DNA of 64,000 nucleotides. It comes from an uncultured Clostridia bacterium (GTDB lineage Bacteria > Bacillota > Clostridia > TANB77 > CAG-508). Positions 31,175-40,944 of the stretch are shown in pieces. Each line of letters begins with the position of its first letter. Within the stretch, counting starts at the first letter, position 1. The DNA is taken from contig CAKOVX010000002.1 of assembly GCA_934122155.1 (NCBI GenBank), positions 1,437-65,436 of the forward strand, in the 5' to 3' direction. The notes beneath the pieces are model-generated. The model searched no databases. It was not told the origin of the DNA and saw only the letters and a program-made list of their open reading frames with translations. Made by a program: the position numbers and the translations under genes.

Positions 31175-32044
31175 CTAAACTGACAAAAATTTACTTTCTA
31201 ATTCTGCATTATGATATATTTTTATTGCTTTTGGTATGATTTTTATTTCAAATTTTGTGTTTTCTATTGTTTCTCCATCAACATTAAATCTAATTGGTTC
31301 TTCTGATGTTACTGTAATATTGTTTGTTTTAAAATGATTTGTTCTTTTATCTTGTTCAAGTTTTCCTTTTTTCAATTTCAAAAGTAAATTTATAATTGAT
31401 GGTAATCTTAGTTTATTTATATAATATACATCAAAATAGTTATCCTCTAAACTTGCTTTTGGAGATATGTTATATCCTCCGCCATAATATCTACCATTAC
31501 AAATACTAAGTATTGAAAAGCTTCCCTTTTCGTTTTTTTCTTGTGATTTAAAGTGTATTTGTTTAAATTTAAAATGCGTAAAAGTGTATAAAATACTTGC
31601 TGTATATAAATTTTTCACCTTAACATTTTTCTTTTTCATTAAAGGTACATTGTTAGCAACTTCTGCATCAATTCCAACACATGCAATATTTAAAAAGTAT
31701 TTTCCATTTATCACACCAACATCTGATTCTATTTCTGTTCTGCCAAGTTCTTTTACTGTACGATAAAAGTCATTACCTGAACCTGCTGGTATTATACCAA
31801 TTCTGTTTTTGGTTCCTACTACTCCATTTAGCACCTCAGATAATGTTCCATCTCCTCCAACAGCATATATAATGTTTTCTTCGTCTTTATAGCTTTGTGC
31901 TAGTCTAGTCGCATCTCCTTGTGCCAAAGTGTAACATACTTCATACTCTATATGTTCTTGTTTACATACTTTTTCAATATTTCCTATTATTTTCATTGCA
32001 TTACCTTTTGCCGACTCAGGATTAACTATAAATATATACTTCAT
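31175..32044 (-). CDS. diacylglycerol kinase-family lipid kinase (YegS/DagK)
   Basis: AVGGDGTLSEVLNG...AGSGNDF catalytic motifs. Confidence 0.85.
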   Translation of the reverse strand: MKYIFIVNPESAKGNAMKIIGNIEKVCKQEHIEYEVCYTLAQGDATRLAQSYKDEENIIYAVGGDGTLSEVLNGVVGTKNRIGIIPAGSGNDFYRTVKELGRTEIESDVGVINGKYFLNIACVGIDAEVANNVPLMKKKNVKVKNLYTASILYTFTHFKFKQIHFKSQEKNEKGSFSILSICNGRYYGGGYNISPKASLEDNYFDVYYINKLRLPSIINLLLKLKKGKLEQDKRTNHFKTNNITVTSEEPIRFNVDGETIENTKFEIKIIPKAIKIYHNAELESKFLSV

Positions 32045-32635
32045 TTTTTATCACCTATTCTTTTTAATAATAGCCTTGTTATCTCTTCAGTTAGTACTAT
32101 ATTTGCTTCCGTGGTATCCATATTTTTTACATCTATCGGCTCTCCAAATTCTATTGTCAAACCTCCAAATGGTCTATATTTTCCTGTAATTGCAAATGGT
32201 ATTATTTTTGCATTTGTTTTTTTAGCTAATAATGTAGTTCCTTTTCTAAGTGGTAATAATAATTGGTCTGTTTTGTTTCTAGTTCCTTCTGGAAATATGC
32301 CTATTGATTTTTCTTCTTTTAGTAAATTTATTGCATTTTCAAAGGATTCCTTATGCAATTTTCCTACATGTACTGGCAATACTCCGCAAACTTTTAAAAA
32401 ATGGACCTAATATGCTATTTGTATATACATCTTTTATAAAAAAGTGCACTACTCTTTTAGTACAGCTTCCTACTAATACTGGGTCTGGATATGCTTTATG
32501 ATTTCCTGCCAAAATTATTGGCCCATCTTTTGGTATTGCTTGTTTATTTATTACTTTAGGTTGATATATAATTTTTAATAATACTATTGCAAGTGGTCTT
32601 AAAAATTTGTAATTCCACTCTGGTACTTTCTTCAT
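32041..32635 (-). pseudogene. plsC: 1-acyl-sn-glycerol-3-phosphate acyltransferase, frame disrupted at a homopolymer
   Basis: The N-terminal fragment (NHKAYPDP motif) and the C-terminal fragment (FPEGTR motif) lie in different frames and overlap at 32351..32379; removing one base of the A6 run near 32388..32393 restores GPFLKVCGVLPVHVGK, which aligns to B. subtilis PlsC. Confidence 0.75.
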
Positions 32636-32651
32636 TTATACATCCCTTTCG

Positions 32652-33857
32652 TTAATCATTACTACACATATGCTTTCTTGTAACTTCAAGTAGGTCTAAA
32701 GGTGTAAAACCTACTATTTGAATTTTTGAACGATCTTTTTTTATATGTTCTTCTAGTATCTCTAATATTTTTTGTTTTGTTTCTTTCTTCTCCATGTCTA
32801 TGTAGTCTATAATTATAATTCCGCCAATATCTCTTAAGCGTAGTTGTTTTGCAATTTCAATAGTTGCTTCTTTATTAACTGTAAATACCGTTTGTTCTAA
32901 GTCTTTACTACCTACATACTTACCTGAATTTACATCAATTGCTGTTAATGCTTCTGTTTTATCAATAGTTATAAAGCCTCCACATTTTAGCCAAATTTTA
33001 CGATTATTTGCTTTTTCTATTTGATCTTCTACATCATATATACTTAGTATATTTTCGTTTTGTCTTAGTGCTAATTTTACTTTTGATTCAAGGCCTGTAT
33101 CTTGTAAAAATTTTTGAACATATTTATTTATTTCTGAATTGTTAGTTATTATTCTTTGTAAATCTTGATCAATAATATCAGTTAATATTTTTTCTACAAT
33201 TCCATTGTTTGAATATAGAGCTATTGGCTCAAAGTTGCCTGACTTTTCAAGAGTCTTAGCTTTTTTAATTATTTCATTATATTGTTTTAAAACTCTCTCT
33301 ATATCCTTTTGTATTAAATCTTTTTCTTTACCTTCTGCTGAAGTCCTTATAATAAGTCCAAAGCCTTGTGGTAGAACACTTTTAGCTAAGTCTGTAAGTC
33401 TTTTTCTTTCTTGATCTTTTTCTATTTTTTTAGAAATTGTAATAAACTCTGAATTTGGCATTAGCACTACAAATCTACCAGGAATAGTAATATGTGTAGA
33501 AACTCTTGCTCCCTTTTTATTTGTACTATCTCTTTTTACTTGTACTAATATTGGCATTCCTGTATGTATATAATTTTTTATATCATATTTGCTCAATGCC
33601 TCATTTTTATTGCCTGTTTCATTACTTACCTTAGGAATAATATCTTTTATATGTATAAAAGTATTTTTTTCTACTCCAATATCAATAAAAGCAGCCTGCA
33701 TTCCAACTAGTACGTTTTCTACCTTTCCTAAGTATATATTGCCTTCTAGCCTTTTTTGATCTGGTCTCTCTTCATATTTTTCAACTAATTTTCCATTTTC
33801 TACTAGCGCAACTATTTTATTGTTTTGCTTGTCCTGATTAATTATTACCTCTTGCAT
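32652..33857 (-). CDS. rng: RNase E/G-family ribonuclease (Rng-like, short form)
   Basis: S1 domain with GNIYLGKVENVLVGMQAAFIDIG; ends at TRKHMCSND just before the expected Zn-link. Confidence 0.8.
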   Translation of the reverse strand: MQEVIINQDKQNNKIVALVENGKLVEKYEERPDQKRLEGNIYLGKVENVLVGMQAAFIDIGVEKNTFIHIKDIIPKVSNETGNKNEALSKYDIKNYIHTGMPILVQVKRDSTNKKGARVSTHITIPGRFVVLMPNSEFITISKKIEKDQERKRLTDLAKSVLPQGFGLIIRTSAEGKEKDLIQKDIERVLKQYNEIIKKAKTLEKSGNFEPIALYSNNGIVEKILTDIIDQDLQRIITNNSEINKYVQKFLQDTGLESKVKLALRQNENILSIYDVEDQIEKANNRKIWLKCGGFITIDKTEALTAIDVNSGKYVGSKDLEQTVFTVNKEATIEIAKQLRLRDIGGIIIIDYIDMEKKETKQKILEILEEHIKKDRSKIQIVGFTPLDLLEVTRKHMCSND

Positions 33858-33880
33858 ATTTTTCCTTTCTATTGCAATAT

Positions 33881-34438
33881 TTAATTAAACTTATTCATTG
33901 CATTGTCTATTCCATGTTCAATATAATAAATAATTGCATCTGCGGCTTTATTTATTCCCGCTTCTAGAGGTTTATGTTTTTCCTCATCTAATTTTCCTAT
34001 AACATAATCAATCGCATCATATTCATCTACTGGCTTACCAATTCCCACTCTAATTCTTGGAAAGTCTTCTGATGCAAGTTCATGTACTACTGATTTTGCA
34101 CCATTATGTGTTCCTGGTCCGCCCTTTTTTCTTATTTTAATATTTCCTACCGGAACATCCATATCATCATATATAACTATTACATTTTCCAAAGGAATTT
34201 TATAAAAGTCAGCAAATGGCTTAATAGATTGTCCACTTAAGTTCATATATGTTTGTGGTTTTAATAAAATAACTTTTTCGTCTTTTATAATTCCGCTTCC
34301 ATATAGTCCATTAAATTTTGTTCTTGAAATATCAATTCCACATTTTTTTGCTATTTTATTAATTACATCAAATCCCATATTATGCCTTGTATAGCTATAC
34401 TCTGGCTCCGGATTTCCTAGGCCTACTATTAAATACAT
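33881..34438 (-). CDS. pth: peptidyl-tRNA hydrolase
   Basis: MYLIVGLGNPEPEYSYTRHNMGF... Confidence 0.95.
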   Translation of the reverse strand: MYLIVGLGNPEPEYSYTRHNMGFDVINKIAKKCGIDISRTKFNGLYGSGIIKDEKVILLKPQTYMNLSGQSIKPFADFYKIPLENVIVIYDDMDVPVGNIKIRKKGGPGTHNGAKSVVHELASEDFPRIRVGIGKPVDEYDAIDYVIGKLDEEKHKPLEAGINKAADAIIYYIEHGIDNAMNKFN

Positions 34439-34450
34439 TTTATTTCCTCT

Positions 34451-34915
34451 TTAATTTAATATCATTTCATAATATCTAGCATGTGTTGTAGAATTTCTTA
34501 GCTCTTCTTTTTCAATAAATCCATTTTTTAAATAAAAGTTTATTGCTCTTCCTAAGCTTTCATATGTTCCTAATTGCAATTTTTCTAAATTAAGTGTTTG
34601 TGTTGCAAACATACATACCTCACTTAATAGTTGTTTTGCTAAACCTTTTCCTCTATATTCTATATCACAACAAACATTTTCAATTCTGCCAACACCTTCT
34701 TCTACTCTTTTAAGCATCATTGTTGCTAGTATTTTGCCTTCTTGTTCTATATACCATATATATAAATTTTCGTCATTATAGTTTTTTTCTAAATAATGTT
34801 TGCTAAAAATTTCAAAGCCGATTTTCCACAACCATGACTTCATTTGTTAAATTTTTTATTGCTTTTTCCACTTCAGCATTTTCTTCATATCTTTTTACAA
34901 TATAGTTCTCCATTT
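34451..34915 (-). CDS. GNAT family N-acetyltransferase, with a possible homopolymer frameshift separating the N-terminal 30 codons
   Basis: ORF 34451..34843 carries the GNAT core (RGKGLAKQLL); an upstream 33-codon frame (MENYIVKRYEENAEVEKAIKNL) looks like the GNAT N-terminus; removing one A from an A4 run (plus-strand T4 at 34822..34825) joins the two. Confidence 0.7.
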
Positions 34916-34939
34916 ATTACATCATCCCTTTTATTATTT

Positions 34940-36185
34940 TTAGTGTTGTTTATTTTGTTCTTTTAGTTTGTTCCATATCTCATTTGTTCTTATATATTCA
35001 TTATAATGTTTTTTTACATTTTTATCATATTTTGCTAAGTCTTGTAGTAAAAAACTAAAATCTTCATCTTTAAATAATTTATTAATTTCCGGAATGCTTG
35101 CTTCTAACTTTTTATAAGTTTCTTTCATTTTAGTTGAATATTCTTCTATGTTAGTTATGTATTGAAATAATGGCTTGTATTTTATCCAACCTTTTGAAGC
35201 TTGAATAAACCTTTTAGCAATTTGTTCATCTTCTACTTTTATTTTTCTTAATGTTTTAGGATATTTGCCTCTTAAAATATTTGTATATTTTAAAAATCCA
35301 TCATGAAAGTGATATACTGGAACTTTTACTACTTTTGATTCATTTAATTTTGTAGAAAAGAATGTGTCTTCTCCTCTTGCTCCATCTGGGTTATAGAAAG
35401 CTGGTATCTTATCTATATTATTTAAGTTTAAACATAGGGTAGAACCTGAAACCCACTTTCCTACTCCATCACTTTGAATTTCATATGCACCTTTTCCATT
35501 GCTAATTTCACTATTAGCATAAGTAACTCCATTATATTTAGTAAATTTTTCTTTTATTGAATCCCATGAAATAATGTCATTACTAATAGCCTCTATGTAT
35601 TGTCTAAAAAGTGTTTCATCTACATCTTCATTTAATTCTACATATGGAATTGGAGAAATGTATCCGCAATGATAACCTATTGTTACATCTGCGTCTTTTA
35701 TATAGTCATAATGTATTTTTACATTTTCTTGTTCTTTCCAAGTAATTTCTTTTGAATTATCATCTTTTATACACGCAACCGGGTATTCATCATCATCCCA
35801 AAACAATAAATAGTCTATTCCTTTTATTAGTGCATAATACATTAAAGTATTTCTTCCTTTAGCATGTCCATGCCCGAAAAAAGAGTTCTGTTTCTTCCTT
35901 GGTTAAGTTTCCTCTTCCTACTAATCTCTTTTTCATCTCTTCAATATCTTCTGGGGTAATATATTTAATTTTTATATCTTTATATACATTTGGCATTAAC
36001 CCATAAAAATCAACTCTAGTTGTATATTGATAACCCAAATCAAATAAAATAAATGCTGTTAATTCAACTTTTTCTTCTACATTTTCAAATTGCTTCACTA
36101 GTTGCTCATAAGTATTATTAATTACTTTACATACATTAGGCCTTCCTGTTACAAAACCTAAGCCAAATTGAATCGTCTTTTCCAT
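34940..36185 (-). pseudogene. GT-A-like glycosyltransferase-family protein split by a frameshift in an A6 homopolymer
   Basis: The 108-aa and 300-aa ORFs are separated by 16 nt; the frames overlap across a TTTTTT run (plus-strand A6 at 35877..35882); joined, they read LFFGHGHAKGRNTLMYYALIKGIDYLLFWDDDEYP (DxD-like motif). Confidence 0.5.
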
Positions 36186-36320
36186 TTGTTTCTCCTTACT
36201 ATTTATACTGTCAAATTACAACATTTAACTATAAAATTATATCATATTTTTAATAATGTGTCAATTTTAAGTTTTGGTTGATTTATTGCTACTTTCACGT
36301 GTTTTTTTATGTATTTTAAT

Positions 36321-37235
36321 TTAATTATTCAATTCATTAATTAGGTTTTTATATGCACTTTGAGATAACTCATTATCATAATTTGAATCTACATATCTTT
36401 CTATTATCCAATTGTGAATTGCCCCCTCAAACTCATTTATTTTTGCATCTACTTTATTTTCTTTTAGTTTTTGCCTTAATACTTGTATATCTGGGTTTAA
36501 TATGTCATTTGTTCCTGTATAAATAACTAAATTTTTTATTTCTTTCAACTCTCCATATATTGGACTTACTAAGTAGTTTTTTGTATTTTCCTCTGATTTT
36601 GCATAAAATACTCCAACTATTTTTAAAATATTTTTATTTAATTTTTTATCCTTTTTTTGAACTTCATCTATTTCTGGGTTTGACATAGTTACGTCTAGCC
36701 ATGGTGAAATTAGTATTGTTTTTCTTGGTTGTACAATTTTACTTTCTGCTAATTTTTGTATAAGTGCCAAGCTCATTCCTGCACCTGCTGAATCTCCCAT
36801 TAATATCAAACTTTGCTCTTCTACAACATTTACTATTTTTTCATATAATGGTATAACCATATTAAAAGCGTCCTCATAATTATATTGTGGAGCTAGTGGA
36901 TAGTCTGGTACTATTATTGTAGCATTTGTATCTTTTATTAATTCATTAAAAAATAGCCAGTGTGCTTCTTCAATTTCTCCTACATAAGCACCTCCATGCA
37001 AATACAATATCACATTTTTAGTTACTCCTGTTTTTGGAGCAAGTATAAATACTTTTCTCTGTCCAACCTTTTTTTCAACTATATTATAATTTTTTTCTTT
37101 ATTTGGCTTTGCCTCTATATTTGCATTAAACCAGTAAACTGTTCCAATTATTACTCCTAGTAGTATAGCTATTAAAATTATTACTATTATTTTTATTACT
37201 TTTTTCATTTTTTGCTTCCTTCCACCTAATGCCAA
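36321..37235 (-). CDS. alpha/beta-hydrolase esterase/lipase (HSL-type, fold-3), membrane-anchored
   Basis: HGGAY oxyanion motif and GDSAGAG nucleophile elbow; N-terminal TM. Confidence 0.8.
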   Translation of the reverse strand: MALGGRKQKMKKVIKIIVIILIAILLGVIIGTVYWFNANIEAKPNKEKNYNIVEKKVGQRKVFILAPKTGVTKNVILYLHGGAYVGEIEEAHWLFFNELIKDTNATIIVPDYPLAPQYNYEDAFNMVIPLYEKIVNVVEEQSLILMGDSAGAGMSLALIQKLAESKIVQPRKTILISPWLDVTMSNPEIDEVQKKDKKLNKNILKIVGVFYAKSEENTKNYLVSPIYGELKEIKNLVIYTGTNDILNPDIQVLRQKLKENKVDAKINEFEGAIHNWIIERYVDSNYDNELSQSAYKNLINELNN

Positions 37236-37240
37236 CCTTT

Positions 37241-38635
37241 TTAAATATGAAATTTTCTTTTAATCATTTCTTTTAATGTTATTTCATTTTTTATTCTTTT
37301 TTTCTTTTGTTTAACTATATTCATTAGTGTAAGCTCATCTATTTTAGGGTATAGTTCATTTGCCTCTTTAGTATAAATATCATTTCCTATCACCTTTAGT
37401 TTCATTCCATAATCTTCTAAAAAGGTTGCTATGTCTTTTTCAATACTATTTTCTTGTAAAATAGAGCCAACCGAGAATACAATGGTATCTTTATATGAAC
37501 AGATTGTACATTTAATTTTTTCTGCTTTTTCTGGTGCAATTATAAAAAAGAAACTTTCTATGTATTTTTCATACTCTGGTAAAAAATTTACTTTTCCTAA
37601 GTTTGAAAATGTAGTAGTTGTATATTTTTGAATTTCTCCATATATTATTTTTAATATTATTTTTTTTGCAAAAAGGGGAATTATTCTTATTAAAATTTGG
37701 TTTCCTAATTTAACATTATGTGCCATAGTTTTTGCTAAACTTTCTTTTTGTAAATTATCATGAAAAAATTCTCTTACATATTCTAATATTGCTTCAAAAT
37801 TGTTTAAATCTATTTTTTCTGCTTTTGCTACAACAGTCATATATGTAAAAAAGTTTGTTATTGTATTTGATGGAAAAAACTTTTTTAAGTTTACTGGTAT
37901 ACATACCTTTATGCTTTTTTTATTTTTAGTATTTTTTTGTTGTTGATATATACAATATATTAATACAGCTGTAAAGTACTCGGTTACTGTAACTTTTAGG
38001 TTTCTACAAGTTTTAATTACTGGTTTTAAGTCAATAAAAATTTGTGTAGTTCCTGCTTGATATGGTAATAATTTTTTTCCCTTTAAAATATATGCCCTTC
38101 CAGTGTTATCTTTAAAATGTAAGTTTTTATCATAGTTTTTTAAATAGCTATCTTCTATATCTTGTACTTGTGGCTGTATTTGTTTGCCCAAAAATTTTTC
38201 ATTAAATTCATGACATAAATTCAAATATTCATATACTATTGTTTTTACAAATTCGGTTGCCGTTGTGCCATCTGTCAGTGCATGAAATACCTCAACATTT
38301 ATCTTGTTTTTATAATAAGAAACTCTAAACAAATATCCATTGTTTGTTCTGTACCCTATATATCTACATGGATACCTATCTTCTGGATATACTATGATTT
38401 CTTTATTGTTTTCTTCTAAATAATACCAGAAAAATCCCGTTCTTAGCCTAACTTTAAAATTAACAAATGTAACAAGAGCATTTTCCGTTGCTTTTTTTAA
38501 TTTCTGTGGATCTATTTCTTCTGTTAATATAACAGAAACACGAAATATAGTACTAAATTTTTTAGTTGATATTATTGGAAATAGTTTTGCTGAATTATCT
38601 AGTCTTCTCCATTTTAATTTTTTATTGTTATTCAT
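37241..38635 (-). CDS. WS/DGAT- or condensation-domain-like acyltransferase (HxxxDG)
   Basis: HALTDGTTATEF catalytic motif; 464 aa. Confidence 0.6.
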   Translation of the reverse strand: MNNNKKLKWRRLDNSAKLFPIISTKKFSTIFRVSVILTEEIDPQKLKKATENALVTFVNFKVRLRTGFFWYYLEENNKEIIVYPEDRYPCRYIGYRTNNGYLFRVSYYKNKINVEVFHALTDGTTATEFVKTIVYEYLNLCHEFNEKFLGKQIQPQVQDIEDSYLKNYDKNLHFKDNTGRAYILKGKKLLPYQAGTTQIFIDLKPVIKTCRNLKVTVTEYFTAVLIYCIYQQQKNTKNKKSIKVCIPVNLKKFFPSNTITNFFTYMTVVAKAEKIDLNNFEAILEYVREFFHDNLQKESLAKTMAHNVKLGNQILIRIIPLFAKKIILKIIYGEIQKYTTTTFSNLGKVNFLPEYEKYIESFFFIIAPEKAEKIKCTICSYKDTIVFSVGSILQENSIEKDIATFLEDYGMKLKVIGNDIYTKEANELYPKIDELTLMNIVKQKKKRIKNEITLKEMIKRKFHI

Positions 38636-38645
38636 AAGCTCTCCT

Positions 38646-39371
38646 TTAAAATAGTTCTTCTAATTTATACTCTTTTTCTAGTTTATCATTCAAATATAGT
38701 TTTGTAACTAATTCTATCTCTTTTAAATTTTCTTCTGAGACATTAAATGAAAATATTTTTTTTGCATCTGCTAACACTATATATTGAATTGCAGTTTTGG
38801 TTGAGTTTGATATTTGAATTGCACTTTTATCTACTTTACCACAATTAATACATTTTAGACAATTGTCCTTTAAACTAAAATATCCTAAATTTTCTTTTGT
38901 TTTGCAGTTTCCACATTCTCTTATTTCTGGCATAAAACCTAGCAAACAGCACAACCTTAATTTGAATACAGAAATTACAAAATCCAAGTTTTTTTCTCCT
39001 TCTGAAATCATATATAATGTGTTTAAATATAGTTGCAAAATTTTATATGTATTTTGGTTTTCATCTGTCACATCATTTATTATTTTTGTTATGTATGAAG
39101 CATATTTAAGTTTGTCTAAATCTGTTCGAATATTATAAAAAACTTCAATTGTATCACATGAGTTTATATGATAACTACTACTACTTTGATATAGCAAATA
39201 TTCTCCAAAACACAAAAATTGAGTGCCTGACATCAAAAGGCTTTTTGGTCTTCTAGCCCCTTTTGCCGCACACCCAATTTTACCATTTGGAGTAAGTATA
39301 GTTACCATTTTGTCAAAATCATTCATATTACTTTCTGAAAGGATTATCCCCTTTGTTTTTACTATTCCCAT
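38646..39371 (-). CDS. recO: DNA repair protein RecO
   Basis: Zinc finger CGNC...CINC; conserved position after era-yqzL. Confidence 0.9.
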   Translation of the reverse strand: MGIVKTKGIILSESNMNDFDKMVTILTPNGKIGCAAKGARRPKSLLMSGTQFLCFGEYLLYQSSSSYHINSCDTIEVFYNIRTDLDKLKYASYITKIINDVTDENQNTYKILQLYLNTLYMISEGEKNLDFVISVFKLRLCCLLGFMPEIRECGNCKTKENLGYFSLKDNCLKCINCGKVDKSAIQISNSTKTAIQYIVLADAKKIFSFNVSEENLKEIELVTKLYLNDKLEKEYKLEELF

Positions 39372-39528
39372 ACTGCATTTCCTCTATATTTTTAGATACA
39401 TTTTGTTCAATGTTTTTTTCCATATTTTCTACTTGGAGTAATTCCATAAATGTGTTGATATTTCCAGTTTGTTTAAAAGTGTTCCATGCTAAGTTTTTAA
39501 TTTGATTTTCTTTCATGTACACAATCAT
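39328..39528 (-). CDS. YqzL-family small protein
   Basis: AWNTFKQTGNINTFMELLQ...; sits in the conserved era-yqzL-recO position; start uncertain, overlaps the recO start. Confidence 0.55.
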   Translation of the reverse strand: MIVYMKENQIKNLAWNTFKQTGNINTFMELLQVENMEKNIEQNVSKNIEEMQYGNSKNKGDNPFRK

Positions 39529-39650
39529 CTCCTATCTAGAAGTTCCACTTCTACCCTTATCTTTCGCTTTCCTTTTAATTTTTATGCTGGTATAATTTGT
39601 AAAAATATTTAATATTTATTTTTGAACAATATTTTATCAAAGTCTACACT

Positions 39651-40556
39651 CTAGTCTGTATTTTTAAATAGTTTTACAAATTTATCATTATTTATCCAGT
39701 CTTCGCGTACTTTTACCCACAATTGTAAATTAACTTTATCTTGTAGTTCTTTTTCTAAATCTTCTCTTGCATAAGTTCCAATTTTTTTAAGCATAGCACC
39801 ATTTTTTCCAATGATTATACCTTTGTGCGAATCTCTTAAGCAATAAATTGTAGCTTCTATATTGAAAATTGGCTCATTATCTCTTGTTTTACCTCTTTTC
39901 ATTTTTTCAACTTCTACAAATATCCCATGTGGTACTTCATCTTGTAAAAGTTTTAAAGCTTTTTCACGAATTGTTTCAGATGCTATATCTCTTAAAGTTT
40001 GGTCTGTATATTCATCTATATCATAATATGCAGGACCTTCTTTAAGGTTCTTTTCGATTTCTTCAAGTATAACTTCTGTGTCTTTTGCTTTTAAAGCAGA
40101 AATTGGAATAATGGCTTTGAAATTGTACTCATCTTTAAATGTTTCTATTAGCTTAAAAACTTGTTCTTTTTTAACCAAATCGATTTTATTAATTATCAAA
40201 ATTGTATTAGCTTTTGCTTCTTTAATTTTGTCTAAAATCATTTGGTCACCTTTGCCGATTCCATCTGAAGTAGCTTCCACAACAAATAAAAGTACATCTG
40301 CATCTGGAATGCTGCCCCAAGCAGTGTCATTCATAGTGTTACCTAATTTTGATTTTGGTTTATGAATTCCTGGTGTATCTGTAAATATTATTTGTGAATT
40401 TTTTCTATTTACTATTGCTTTAATAGCTGTTCTTGTGGTTTGTGGTTTATTAACAACCACTGCTACTTTTTGACCAACCATATCATTTAATATACTTGAT
40501 TTTCCTACATTTGTTCTTCCAACAATTGCTACAAATCCTGATTTAAATTTTTCCAT
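39651..40556 (-). CDS. era: GTPase Era
   Basis: GRTNVGKSS G1 and DTPG G3 motifs; C-terminal KH domain. Confidence 0.95.
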   Translation of the reverse strand: MEKFKSGFVAIVGRTNVGKSSILNDMVGQKVAVVVNKPQTTRTAIKAIVNRKNSQIIFTDTPGIHKPKSKLGNTMNDTAWGSIPDADVLLFVVEATSDGIGKGDQMILDKIKEAKANTILIINKIDLVKKEQVFKLIETFKDEYNFKAIIPISALKAKDTEVILEEIEKNLKEGPAYYDIDEYTDQTLRDIASETIREKALKLLQDEVPHGIFVEVEKMKRGKTRDNEPIFNIEATIYCLRDSHKGIIIGKNGAMLKKIGTYAREDLEKELQDKVNLQLWVKVREDWINNDKFVKLFKNTD

Positions 40557-40598
40557 ATCTTCTCCTAATATAATTATATTTTTTACTATTTCCGTACC

Positions 40599-40832
40599 TA
40601 GAAATTATATGTGCCACTTGCAACTGATACACATACAATTTTAAGATTATATTACTTTACAACATAGAAATTATATGTAGAACGCAGGCAACTTCGTCTA
40701 TGCGGAACGAGTATTAGAAATTGTTTTGAGGCGAGTAGGGAATCTCGGTTGTACTGAGGGCGCTACGAGCCGAATAATACAATTTCTTTCGCAGTGCAGT
40801 CTGACAGTTGCAAGTGATACATATAATTTCTA
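40599..40832. repeat. IR-bounded, GC-rich 234-bp element (MITE-like or structured ncRNA) in the era 5' region
   Basis: 28-bp terminal inverted repeats, TAGAAATTATATGTGCCACTTGCAACTG at the left and its complement with 2 mismatches at the right, each flanked by TA; the left 15-mer is partly copied at 40665..40679; the core 40680..40800 is about 50% GC. Confidence 0.5.
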
Positions 40833-40944
40833 ATTTGAAACTAATATAATCTTTTAGCTATTTATTATAGCAAAATTATATTACTATTATAATACAAATT
40901 TTGTAGAAAAATGTAAACAAATTTACACTTTTTTTCTACTATTT

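Noticed and set aside
32652-33857. Rng truncation as a fourth frameshift
   Set aside because: The ORF ends at a clean stop followed 16 nt later by the plsC RBS and ATG, and no alternative frame continues, so it looks like a genuinely short RNase G/E-family protein rather than an indel artefact.
40599-40832. Interpreting the GC-rich IR element as tRNA, tmRNA, RNase P RNA, SRP RNA, a hammerhead ribozyme or a common riboswitch
   Set aside because: There is no T-loop GTTCGAATC and no RNase P or SRP conserved boxes. CUGAGGG deviates from the hammerhead CUGAUGA at an invariant position. No riboswitch consensus that I can recall matched. It is left as an unknown element.
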